Program-made: the position numbers and the translations under genes
The notes under the pieces: generated by a model
Database searches by the model: none
Told to the model about the DNA's origin: nothing
The model's input: the letters and a program-made list of their open reading frames with translations, nothing else
Source: Microbacterium sp.
GTDB taxonomy: Bacteria; Actinomycetota; Actinomycetes; Actinomycetales; Microbacteriaceae
Length of the DNA: 64,000 nt
Direction of reading: 5' to 3'
NCBI RefSeq assembly: GCF_031179285.1
Contig: NZ_JAPSHY010000008.1
Location: 69,959-133,958, forward strand
Part shown: positions 55,947 to 64,000 of the stretch, piece after piece
Layout: each line of letters starts with the position of its first letter
How positions within the stretch are numbered: position 1 is the first letter of the stretch

Positions 55947-56333
55947 GTGCGCTCACCCCGACTCGCTCTCGTCACGGCCGCCGTGCTGGCGGCGGAGGGC
56001 CTCGCCCTCGCCGCATTTGCGGTGATCGAGATCGCGGGCCTCGGAGCGGGCGACGCCTCGTCGCTTCCGACGGCTATCGCTCTGATCGTCCTCACGCTGA
56101 TCGGCGCGTCGGCCCTGATCGCGTTCGCGTTCGGGGTGCGCAGGGGACGCTCCTGGGCGCGGTCGGGGGGCGTGGTGTTCCAGGTGCTGGCGGTGGCACT
56201 GGCACTCGCGTCGCTGACCCTTCAACCCGTCCCGTGGCTCTTCACGGCGGGGCTCGGGCTCCCTGGTGTCGCCGGCTTCGTGCTGCTGATCGCCAGCGCC
56301 AGACTCGAAGCGGATCCGACGGCCCCGGAATGA
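55947..56333 (+). CDS. Small 4-TM membrane protein
   Basis: Four hydrophobic segments, GRSWARSGGVVFQVL; GTG start with AGGAGA RBS. Confidence 0.75.
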   Translation: MRSPRLALVTAAVLAAEGLALAAFAVIEIAGLGAGDASSLPTAIALIVLTLIGASALIAFAFGVRRGRSWARSGGVVFQVLAVALALASLTLQPVPWLFTAGLGLPGVAGFVLLIASARLEADPTAPE

Positions 56334-56337
56334 CCGG

Positions 56338-56811
56338 TCAGGCGTCGATGCCCAGGAGTTTGCGGATGCGGGCGACGTGGCCCGTCGCCTTCACGTTGTA
56401 GAGGGCGAGAGACACGACGCCGTCCTCGTCAAGGACGAACGTGGAGCGGATGACGCCCTCGACCGTCTTGCCGTAGTTCATCTTCTCGCCCCAGACCCCG
56501 TAGGCGCTGTGCACGGCGTGGTCGGGGTCGCTCAGGAGGGTGAACGTCAGGCCGTCGCGCTCACGGAACTCGGCGAGCTTCTCCGGGGCGTCCCGGGAGA
56601 TGCCGATCACGCGATAGCCGGCTCCCTGCAGCGAAGAGATGCTGTCGCGGAAGTCGCATGCCTGCGTCGTGCACCCAGGGGTCATCGCCGCAGGGTAGAA
56701 GTACAGGATCGTCTTCGTGCCGCGCAGGTCGCTCAGTCGCACGGACTGACCGTCCTGGTCCAGGAGGGCGAAGTCGGGGGCAGCGGTTCCGGGTTCGAGG
56801 CGCACAGTCAC
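56338..56811 (-). CDS. bcp: Thioredoxin-dependent thiol peroxidase
   Basis: YFYPAAMTPGCTTQACDFRD, LLSDPD, YGVWGEK, IRSTFV. Confidence 0.95.
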   Translation of the reverse strand: MTVRLEPGTAAPDFALLDQDGQSVRLSDLRGTKTILYFYPAAMTPGCTTQACDFRDSISSLQGAGYRVIGISRDAPEKLAEFRERDGLTFTLLSDPDHAVHSAYGVWGEKMNYGKTVEGVIRSTFVLDEDGVVSLALYNVKATGHVARIRKLLGIDA

Positions 56812-56824
56812 CGTCCCAGCCTAT

Positions 56825-57889
56825 CTATCGACCCGGCTCCGGCTTGTCGGCGAATGTCTGCAGCAGGCGCTGCAGGGAATCCAGGCGAGCACGCCCCGTC
56901 TCGCTCAGCTCACCGCGCTCGGCGGCTTCGATGAGCGCGCAGTCGGGCGCGTCGGCGAGATGGGTGCAGCCTCGAGGGCAGTCCTCGGCGATCAGGGCGA
57001 GCTCGGTGAAGGCGGCGAGGATGTTCGCAGGCTCCACGTGCCCGAGCCCGAAGGAGCGCACCCCGGGAGTGTCGATCACCCATCCGGTGCCCGTCGGGCC
57101 CTCATAGCGCAGTGACACCGTCGAGGAGGACGTGTGCCGCCCGCGGCCGGTGACCTGATTCACATGGCCGGTCGCCCGACCCGCGCTCGGAACGAGCGCG
57201 TTCACGAGCGTGGATTTGCCCACGCCAGAATGACCGACGAAGACCGTGGAGTGGCCCACGAGGGAAGCGCCGATCTCGGCCACCGGCATCCGCTCCTCCG
57301 CACTGGTGAAGACCCGCAGATCGAGTCCCTCGAAGTGAGACAGGAACGCGGTCGGGTCGGCGAGGTCAGTCTTGGTCACGACGAGAAGCGGGCGGATGCC
57401 GGCATCCAGCGCCGCGACCAGGTACCGATCGACGAGGCGTGCCCGCGGTTCGGGGTCGGCCGCAGCGACCACGATGAGCATCTGGTCGGCGTTGGCGACG
57501 ATGACCCGCTCGACCTGGTCGGTATCGTCGGCGCTGCGCCGGAGCAACGAGGTGCGCTCGACGATCCCCACGATGCGGCAGAGCGTTCCTTCGTCACCGG
57601 ACGTGTCGCCGACGATCCTCGCCCGGTCGCCCGTCACGATCGGCGTTCTACGCAGCTCTCTCGCCCGTGTCGCCGTGACCGCTCGTTCGGTGCCGGTGCC
57701 CTCGTCGACGAGGACCGAGTAGCGCCCCCTGTCGACGCCCAGGACGCGACCGATCTCGGCGTCGTCGTGCGCCGGTCGGCGCTTGGTGCGCGGTCGGTTC
57801 GCCTTCGGGTTCGGGCGGGTGCGGATGCTGCTCTCGTCGTAGTCCTCGAAGTCGTCCTCGAGGTCGTCGGCGTCGTCGAGCCAGCTCAC
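56825..57889 (-). CDS. rsgA: Ribosome small subunit-dependent GTPase
   Basis: ANADQ, TKTD, GHSGVGKSTLVN, GRGRHTS, DTPGVRSFG, C..C.H....C. Confidence 0.95.
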   Translation of the reverse strand: MSWLDDADDLEDDFEDYDESSIRTRPNPKANRPRTKRRPAHDDAEIGRVLGVDRGRYSVLVDEGTGTERAVTATRARELRRTPIVTGDRARIVGDTSGDEGTLCRIVGIVERTSLLRRSADDTDQVERVIVANADQMLIVVAAADPEPRARLVDRYLVAALDAGIRPLLVVTKTDLADPTAFLSHFEGLDLRVFTSAEERMPVAEIGASLVGHSTVFVGHSGVGKSTLVNALVPSAGRATGHVNQVTGRGRHTSSSTVSLRYEGPTGTGWVIDTPGVRSFGLGHVEPANILAAFTELALIAEDCPRGCTHLADAPDCALIEAAERGELSETGRARLDSLQRLLQTFADKPEPGR

Positions 57890-59211
57890 GCGGGGGTGCC
57901 CCGCAGCATCCGCTCCCAGAGCATCGTGAATTCGGGAAGGGTCTTGGCCGTGGTGCCGATGTCGTCGATCTCGACGCCGGGAGTGCGAAGGCCGACGAGC
58001 GCGCCGGTCGTCGCCATGCGGTGATCGTGGTGAGCGGGCCAGGTTCCGCCGTGCAGGGGGCGCGGGTTGATGCGCAGACCGTCCGAGAGCTCCTCGGCGT
58101 CGCCGCCGAGAGCGTTGACGTTCGCGACGAGAGCGCTGATCCGGTCGGTCTCATGAAGGCGGATGTGGTTGATGCCGCGAATGGTCGTCGGCGTCTCGGC
58201 GTACAGCGCCAGCCCCACAAGGGTGGGGGTGAGCTCGCTCGCCGCGGACAGATCGAGGTCGAGTCCGCGGATGGGGCCGCCGCTGCGAACCGTGAGGGCA
58301 CCGCCGTGGCGCGAGATATGCGCACCTGCGGCCTGGAGGAGCTCCGGGAGGAGGGCACCGGGCTGAGTCGAATGCGCGGGCCAGCCGGTGATGGTCACCG
58401 AGCCGCGGGTGACGAGAGCCGCTGCGAGGAACGGGGCGGCATTGGACAGGTCCGGCTCGATCGCGACCTCTTTCGCCCGAGGCACTCCGGCCTCGACGAG
58501 CCATTCTCCTGTCGCCGGGCGCTCGATGCGGATGCCGCGACGGCTCAGTGCCTCGATCGTCATGTCGATGTGAGGAAGACTCGGCAGGTGCGGCCCGGTG
58601 TGCACGAGGTGGAGCCCGACGTCGAAGCGAGGCGCGGCGAGGAGGAGCCCGGAGACGAACTGGCTGGAGGCGGACGCGTCGATCTCGATACGGCCGCCAC
58701 GGATGCGGCCGTGTCCGCGGATCGTGAACGGCAGCGACCATGTCCCCTCGTCGTCGATGTCGACGCCGAGGTCTCGCAGCGCGCTGATCAGAGCGCCCAT
58801 CGGGCGGTGAAGGGCTGTCTCGTGAGCGGTGAGATGCACGTCGTGGGCCGCGAGACCGGCCAGGGGAGCGATGAAGCGCATCACCGTGCCCGCCTGCCCG
58901 CAATCGACGGTCGTGCCGCCCTGGATCCGCGCCGGTGTCACGACGAGATCCGGTCCGAACTCATTGCCGGCGTCCTGCTCCTCGATCCCGACCCCGAGAG
59001 CGCGCAGCGCCTCCACCATGCGGCGGGAGTCGTCGGAGTGCAGGGGGGCGATGAGGCGACCGGGGCCGTCCGCGATCGCCGCGATGATGAGCTCCCGATT
59101 GGTGAGGGACTTCGACCCCGGGATTGTCAGAGTGGCGCGCACGGCATCGTCCGTACCGGGCGCGGTGTAGGAGCCCTGGACGAGGGGAGGGGAATACCTG
59201 TTGACGCTCAT
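57886..59211 (-). CDS. aroA: 3-phosphoshikimate 1-carboxyvinyltransferase
   Basis: [51 protein letters not shown]. Confidence 0.97.
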   Translation of the reverse strand: MSVNRYSPPLVQGSYTAPGTDDAVRATLTIPGSKSLTNRELIIAAIADGPGRLIAPLHSDDSRRMVEALRALGVGIEEQDAGNEFGPDLVVTPARIQGGTTVDCGQAGTVMRFIAPLAGLAAHDVHLTAHETALHRPMGALISALRDLGVDIDDEGTWSLPFTIRGHGRIRGGRIEIDASASSQFVSGLLLAAPRFDVGLHLVHTGPHLPSLPHIDMTIEALSRRGIRIERPATGEWLVEAGVPRAKEVAIEPDLSNAAPFLAAALVTRGSVTITGWPAHSTQPGALLPELLQAAGAHISRHGGALTVRSGGPIRGLDLDLSAASELTPTLVGLALYAETPTTIRGINHIRLHETDRISALVANVNALGGDAEELSDGLRINPRPLHGGTWPAHHDHRMATTGALVGLRTPGVEIDDIGTTAKTLPEFTMLWERMLRGTPA

Positions 59212-59216
59212 CGGTT
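59191..59216 (+). promoter_or_regulatory. SigH/SigR-type promoter upstream of sigH (autoregulation)
   Basis: GGAAT(59191-95)-N18-GTT(59214-16). Confidence 0.65.
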
Positions 59217-59260
59217 TCCACCTTAGTGAACGGTGGTGCACCCGCCGAGAAGGAGACAGA

Positions 59261-59923
59261 ATGCTCGCCACGCTCGAACGCGAGACGGTGGACCTCAGCG
59301 GCCTAGACTGGCCGGTGATGGATGACACGGCAACCGAAGACACGGCCGGCGACGCTCGGAGCCAGTTCGAGGAGCAGGCGCTCCCGTTCATGGATCAGCT
59401 CTACGCGGCGGCGATGCGTATGACGCGCAATCCCGCTGACGCCGCTGATCTCGTGCAGGAGACCTTCGTGAAGGCGTTCGGCTCGTGGTCGACCTTCACG
59501 CAGGGGACGAACCTCAAGGCGTGGCTCTACCGCATCCTGACCAACACGTACATCAACATCTATCGCAAGAAGCAGCGCGAGCCGTTCCAGGGCACCATCG
59601 ATGAGCTCGAGGACTGGCAGCTGGGCGGAGCCGAGTCCACCACGGCGTCGCACGGTCGCTCGGCTGAGGCGGAGGCCATCGATCGCATGCCGGCGTCCGT
59701 CGTCAAGGATGCGCTGCAGGCGGTTCCGGAGGACTTCCGGCTGGCGGTGTATTTCGCCGATGTCGAGGGGTTCGCCTACCAGGAGATCGCCGACATCATG
59801 AAGACGCCCATCGGCACCGTGATGAGCCGTCTGCACAGGGGCAGGCGGATGCTGCGGGAGCTGCTGGCTGATTACGCCGCGGAGCGGGGCATCGCCGCGG
59901 CCGACACGAGGAGTGAAGGATGA
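59261..59923 (+). CDS. sigH: ECF sigma factor SigH (SigR type); alternative start at 59315 or 59318
   Basis: [65 protein letters not shown]. Confidence 0.94.
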   Translation: MLATLERETVDLSGLDWPVMDDTATEDTAGDARSQFEEQALPFMDQLYAAAMRMTRNPADAADLVQETFVKAFGSWSTFTQGTNLKAWLYRILTNTYINIYRKKQREPFQGTIDELEDWQLGGAESTTASHGRSAEAEAIDRMPASVVKDALQAVPEDFRLAVYFADVEGFAYQEIADIMKTPIGTVMSRLHRGRRMLRELLADYAAERGIAAADTRSEG

Positions 59924-60165
59924 GCGACTGCGGCTGCGACAAAGCACGCCAGGATCTGGAGGAGTACCTCCGCAACGAGGTATGCAAGACAGAGCACTCC
60001 GAGATCCGCGAGCACCTGGAGAACTGCCCGTCCTGTCAGGACGAGGCTCTCGTCGCGACGACACTGACAGAGGTGATCGCCCGCGCCTGCAAGGAGAGCG
60101 CGCCCGAGGAATTGCGCGACCAGGTCTTCGCACGCCTGAGGGCGGTACAGGCCGCCCAGCACTGA
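59920..60165 (+). CDS. rshA: ZAS anti-sigma factor RshA/RsrA
   Basis: HLENCPSC (HxxxCxxC), APEELR; overlaps the sigH stop. Confidence 0.92.
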   Translation: MSDCGCDKARQDLEEYLRNEVCKTEHSEIREHLENCPSCQDEALVATTLTEVIARACKESAPEELRDQVFARLRAVQAAQH

Positions 60166-60204
60166 CCGACCGCGGTGTCCGAGCCGGTCGATAATGTGGA
60201 AAGC

Positions 60205-61509
60205 ATGAGTCTCTTCGACGCCCGGGACGCACCTGCGGACCAGATCTCCATGGACCGACTGGCCGAGAACGGCCTCGTCTACCGGCGCGTCGATATCAGC
60301 GACACCGAGCAGGCGACGGCGTTCCAGCGTGCCGTCGTCCGCGGATTCCTCGGGGCGGAGCCGAACGCCGAGGCCCTCGAGTTCGGACTCGCGCCGTTCG
60401 AGGCGCGCCGCAACATCGGCGTGTACGACGCCGGTGCCACTGCCGGTGCGGCACCCGTCGCTTCGGTCAACTCCTGGGTCACTCCGATGACCGTCCCCGG
60501 TGGCGCCGAGCTCGGCATGTGGGCGATCAGTGTGGTCACGGTTGCCGCGACCCATCGCCGGCGCGGCATCGCCAGGGCCCTGCTCGAAGGCGAGCTGCGT
60601 GCCGCTGCGGCGGCCGGTGTCGCCGTCGCGGGCCTCACGGTGACGGAGGCGACCATCTACGGTCGCTACGGCTTCGGCGCCGCCATCCCCACGGTGCAGT
60701 TCACCGTCGACACGCGCCGTGCCGGCTGGGCAGGTGCCTCGCCCGGGGGACGCCTCGAACTCATCGAGCGCGAAGTCCTTGCAACCGAGCTCGCCGAGGT
60801 GCACGACCGGGCCCGAATCGCGCGGTCCGGCCAGATTCAGGGCTGGCAGCGGCGCTGGGAAGGACAGGCAGGGCTCGGGCCGGCGGACCCCCATCGCGAT
60901 CGCGTGCGCGGTGTCCGATTCCTCGACGAGGAAGGACAGACGCGTGGCGTGATGTCCTACACGCTACGCGAGAAGGGTGACTCGTTCCGCTTCGAGCTGC
61001 ACGTCCGGATGCTCGTGGCTGAGACTCCAGACGCGCTGGCTGCTCTCTGGCGGTTCGCGCTCCAGCATGACCTGGTCGATGAGGTCACCGCCGACCTCCG
61101 ACCTGTCGATGATCCGCTGCCGTGGCTCGTCGCCGACACACGCGCCGTGACGCAGGTCGTTCACGATCACGGCTGGCTGCGCGTCCTCGACGTTCCGGTC
61201 GCGCTCACGGCGCGGACGTTCGCCGCGCCGATCGATGTGGCGATCCGCATCGAGGACTCTCTCGGCTTCGCCGCAGGGCTCTGGCGGCTGCGGGTCGGGG
61301 GCGAAGGCACCGCGGCGGTCGAGCCGGACGCATCGGAACAGCCCGACGTCACGATGGACGTGGCGGCGTTCTCCACGCTGTACGCCGGCGCGATCCGCGC
61401 ATCGACGTTGCATGCGGCGGGGCTGCTGGACGCGGACGCTGAGACCGTGCTGTTGTTGGACCGCGCTTTCAGCGCGTATCCCGCCCCATCGCTCGACATC
61501 TGGTACTGA
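60205..61509 (+). CDS. eis: Eis-like GNAT acetyltransferase with an SCP2-like C-terminus
   Basis: VTVAATHRRRGIARAL, TEATIYGRYGFG, PVDDPLPW, WLRVLDVPVALTAR. Confidence 0.85.
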   Translation: MSLFDARDAPADQISMDRLAENGLVYRRVDISDTEQATAFQRAVVRGFLGAEPNAEALEFGLAPFEARRNIGVYDAGATAGAAPVASVNSWVTPMTVPGGAELGMWAISVVTVAATHRRRGIARALLEGELRAAAAAGVAVAGLTVTEATIYGRYGFGAAIPTVQFTVDTRRAGWAGASPGGRLELIEREVLATELAEVHDRARIARSGQIQGWQRRWEGQAGLGPADPHRDRVRGVRFLDEEGQTRGVMSYTLREKGDSFRFELHVRMLVAETPDALAALWRFALQHDLVDEVTADLRPVDDPLPWLVADTRAVTQVVHDHGWLRVLDVPVALTARTFAAPIDVAIRIEDSLGFAAGLWRLRVGGEGTAAVEPDASEQPDVTMDVAAFSTLYAGAIRASTLHAAGLLDADAETVLLLDRAFSAYPAPSLDIWY

Positions 61510-61626
61510 CTCCGGTCGGCGCTTCTTCGGCGTGCGCTCGGGCAGGCGCGAGGATTGTCCGAGAAACGACGATGATTGTCCGTGCAGGTCCTCGGGCGCC
61601 GGGAGGCGATGCCCGAGGATGAGCGG

Positions 61627-62964
61627 ATGGCCACCATCATCGCTCGCCGCTCGGCCGGCGGGCTCGGCGTCATGCAGGGCGTCGCGCTGTACCTGGCATC
61701 CGTTCTCGGCACGGGCCTGCTCGTGCTTCCCGGTCTCGCGGCGCGGGAGGCGGGACCTGCGAGCGTGCTGTCCGTCGCCGCGGTCACGGTTCTCGCCATC
61801 CCGCTCGCCGTCACCTTCGCGGTGCTCGCCGCCCGCTACCCGGACGCGGGCGGGGTGGCCAGCTACGTCCGCACAGCACTCGGTGGCACGGCGGCGAGGG
61901 CGACCGGCTACTGGTTCCTCATCGGGGTGGCGGCCGGGGGACCGGTGGTGGCCACCCTCGGTGCGCAGTACATCTCCGCTGTCCTCGGGATCGACCGGGC
62001 AGCGGTGCCGTTGGTGGCACTGGCGTTCTACGGCATCCCGTTCTGCGTCAACATGTTCGGCGTGCGCGTGGCCGGCTGGTTGCAACTGCTGCTCACCGCG
62101 CTCCTTCTCGGTGTGGTCGTCACCGTCGTCGCCGTCGCCGCGCCGGCGGTGGAGGCTGCGAACTTCACACCGTTCCTCCCGCACGGCTGGGGCGGGGTGG
62201 GCACGGCGATCGTGATGTACGTCTGGGCGTTCGCGGGGTGGGAGGTCGGCACCCATATCTCCGGCGAGTTCGAGAAGCCGCGGCGTGCCATTCCCATCGC
62301 CACTGCCGTCACACTGCTCCTGTCCGGCGCGGCCTACCTCGGGCTCCAGTTCGTCACGGTGGGGGCGCTGGGACCGCGAGCGGGCACAGGAGACGTCGTT
62401 CTGCTCGACCTCGCGCAGGAGGGCGCACCGGGCGCCGCCGCGATCCTGGTGGGAGCGGTTGCTGCGATCGTGGCGGTCGGCGTGCTCAACGTCTATCTCG
62501 CCGCCTTCGCGAAGCTCGGCGCATCGCTCGCACTCAACGCGGACCTGCCGCGCTGGTTCGCGCGCGGCTCGGAGAACGGCGCGGTTCCCCGGCGAGCTCT
62601 CGTGCTCACCGGAGCGATCGGGGCTGTCTATTTCTCGCTGCTGTTGTGGAGTGGACTCGATCTGCAGCCGTTCATCCTCATCCACACCTCGAGCATGGTC
62701 GCCATCTATGTGCTCGGGATGATCGCGGCCGTCCGGATCCTCGAACGGGGAAGCATCGGCTGGTGGATGGCCGTGACCGCGACGGTGCTCTGCGTCGGTC
62801 TGCTCGCACTCGCGGCCTCGGCGCTGCTCGTCGTCGGCCTGCTGGCGGCCGCGGCCGTGGCGGTCGCTCTGGTGCGCGCATCGTCACGACGGCGCTGGTG
62901 GGAAGCCGGGGAGCAGGACGCCGGTGCCGCCGGCGACGCTCACGAACAGGGGCGGCCCGACTGA
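61627..62964 (+). CDS. APC family amino acid permease (YjeH-like); start uncertain (61576-61627)
   Basis: SVLGTGLL.LPG, PDAGGVASY, WAFAGWE, EFEKPRRAIP; about 12 TM helices. Confidence 0.85.
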   Translation: MATIIARRSAGGLGVMQGVALYLASVLGTGLLVLPGLAAREAGPASVLSVAAVTVLAIPLAVTFAVLAARYPDAGGVASYVRTALGGTAARATGYWFLIGVAAGGPVVATLGAQYISAVLGIDRAAVPLVALAFYGIPFCVNMFGVRVAGWLQLLLTALLLGVVVTVVAVAAPAVEAANFTPFLPHGWGGVGTAIVMYVWAFAGWEVGTHISGEFEKPRRAIPIATAVTLLLSGAAYLGLQFVTVGALGPRAGTGDVVLLDLAQEGAPGAAAILVGAVAAIVAVGVLNVYLAAFAKLGASLALNADLPRWFARGSENGAVPRRALVLTGAIGAVYFSLLLWSGLDLQPFILIHTSSMVAIYVLGMIAAVRILERGSIGWWMAVTATVLCVGLLALAASALLVVGLLAAAAVAVALVRASSRRRWWEAGEQDAGAAGDAHEQGRPD

Positions 62965-62991
62965 GGTCGAGACGCCCCTGCCGGCGTGGGA

Positions 62992-64000
62992 TCAGCCCAG
63001 CGTCAGCGCTTCGCGCAGCAGCGCCGCCTGCTCGTTCGCGTGCACCTTCGAGGAGCCGGTGGAGGGAGAAGCGGATGCCGCTCGGCTCACCGGGTGGAAG
63101 ACGCGGTCTCCCGGCACATCGGCGAAGGCGAGAGCGAGGAACGGCCAGGCTCCCTGGTTCTCCGGCTCCTCCTGCACCCACACCAGCTCGGCGTTGGGAT
63201 ACGAGTCGGTGATCGTCTTGAGGGCGTTGATCGGAGTCGGGTAGAGCTGTTCGAGGCGGACCAGCGCGATCTCCGGATTCGGGTTCTTCTCGAGTTCGCT
63301 GCGCAGGTCCCAATGAATCTTGCCCGAGTGCACCAGGACACGCTTGACGGCTTCCCGATCGAGACCCCGGTCATCATCGATGACGGGTTCGAAGCGGCCG
63401 CTGGTGAATGCCTCCACCGGGCTCGTCGCGCCGCGCAGGCGCAGCATCGCCTTCGGGGTGAAGACGATGAGCGGCTTGCGCGGACGCGCGTACGCCTGAC
63501 GACGCAGCAGGTGGAAGTGCGATGCCGGCGTCGACGGCCGCGCGACGATCATGTTCTCCTGCGCGCACAGCTGAAGGAAACGCTCGATGCGTGCCGAGGA
63601 GTGATCGGGCCCCTGACCCTCGTAACCGTGAGGAAGCAGCAGCGTGACGCTGGAATACTGACCCCACTTCTGCTCCGCTGCCGAGATGTACTCGTCGATG
63701 ACCGACTGTGCGCCGTTGACGAAATCGCCGAACTGCGCCTCCCAAAGCACCAGGGCTTCCGGGGCCTCGACGGAGTAGCCGTACTCGAAGGCGAGGGCGG
63801 CGTACTCGCTCAGCAGCGAATCGTAGACGAAGAAGCGGCCCTGACTGTCGGAGAGGTTCGCCAGCGGCAGCCATTCCTGACCGTTCGCCCGGTCGTGGAG
63901 AGTCGCGTGCCGCTGAACGAAGGTTCCGCGGCGCGAATCCTGCCCGGCCAGTCGCACCGGCGTGCCCTCGACCAGGAGTGAGCCGAACGCGAGGAGCTCT
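62992..64000 (-). CDS. kgd: Multifunctional 2-oxoglutarate decarboxylase/dehydrogenase, C-terminal part
   Basis: VRLAGQDSRRGTF, SLLSEYAALAFEYGYS, WEAQFGDF, LLPHGYEGQGPDHSSARIERFL, WVQEEPENQG; the frame stays open to the window edge. Confidence 0.96.
   Translation of the reverse strand, partial: ELLAFGSLLVEGTPVRLAGQDSRRGTFVQRHATLHDRANGQEWLPLANLSDSQGRFFVYDSLLSEYAALAFEYGYSVEAPEALVLWEAQFGDFVNGAQSVIDEYISAAEQKWGQYSSVTLLLPHGYEGQGPDHSSARIERFLQLCAQENMIVARPSTPASHFHLLRRQAYARPRKPLIVFTPKAMLRLRGATSPVEAFTSGRFEPVIDDDRGLDREAVKRVLVHSGKIHWDLRSELEKNPNPEIALVRLEQLYPTPINALKTITDSYPNAELVWVQEEPENQGAWPFLALAFADVPGDRVFHPVSRAASASPSTGSSKVHANEQAALLREALTLG

Noticed and set aside
60205-61509. Eis homolog as an acquired aminoglycoside resistance gene
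   Set aside because: Eis-like GNATs are widespread chromosomal genes in actinobacteria, and there is no mobility context or substrate evidence.

Overview
High-GC actinobacterial chromosome segment. Gene content and order suggest Microbacteriaceae (Microbacterium-like); this is inference. Bases 1-22.6k are a cell-surface glycan locus: dTDP-rhamnose genes (rfbA, rfbB, fused rmlC-rmlD), an AT3-SGNH O-acyltransferase, glf, a Wzm/Wzt exporter, a complete CMP-pseudaminic acid cassette (pseB, pseC, fused pseG-pseH, pseI, SpsF-type pseF), a GlfT1-like GT2, galE, two O-antigen-ligase-like proteins and manA. The rest is the conserved actinobacterial backbone: whiB2, ahcY, the RDD/SpoIIM/DUF58/MoxR/DUF4350/DUF4129 module, mtrAB-lpqB, comF, hpf, secA, alaA, a CpaE/SAF/HTH/Rv3235 block, pdtaS, whiB1, bcp, rsgA, aroA, sigH-rshA, eis, a permease and part of kgd. 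Top leads: (1) an unannotated 231-aa protein (14862-15557) with all four GT29 sialylmotifs, divergent from pseI, a candidate new pseudaminyltransferase; (2) a 17-bp motif containing a perfect DnaA box, placed exactly 40 nt upstream of two different leaderless genes in the CpaE/SAF/HTH block; (3) a two-promoter, two-isoform layout for sigH; (4) a PadR-type palindrome between padR and secA. No rRNA, tRNA, CRISPR array or intact mobile element was seen. Family assignments come from motif recognition, not database searches.
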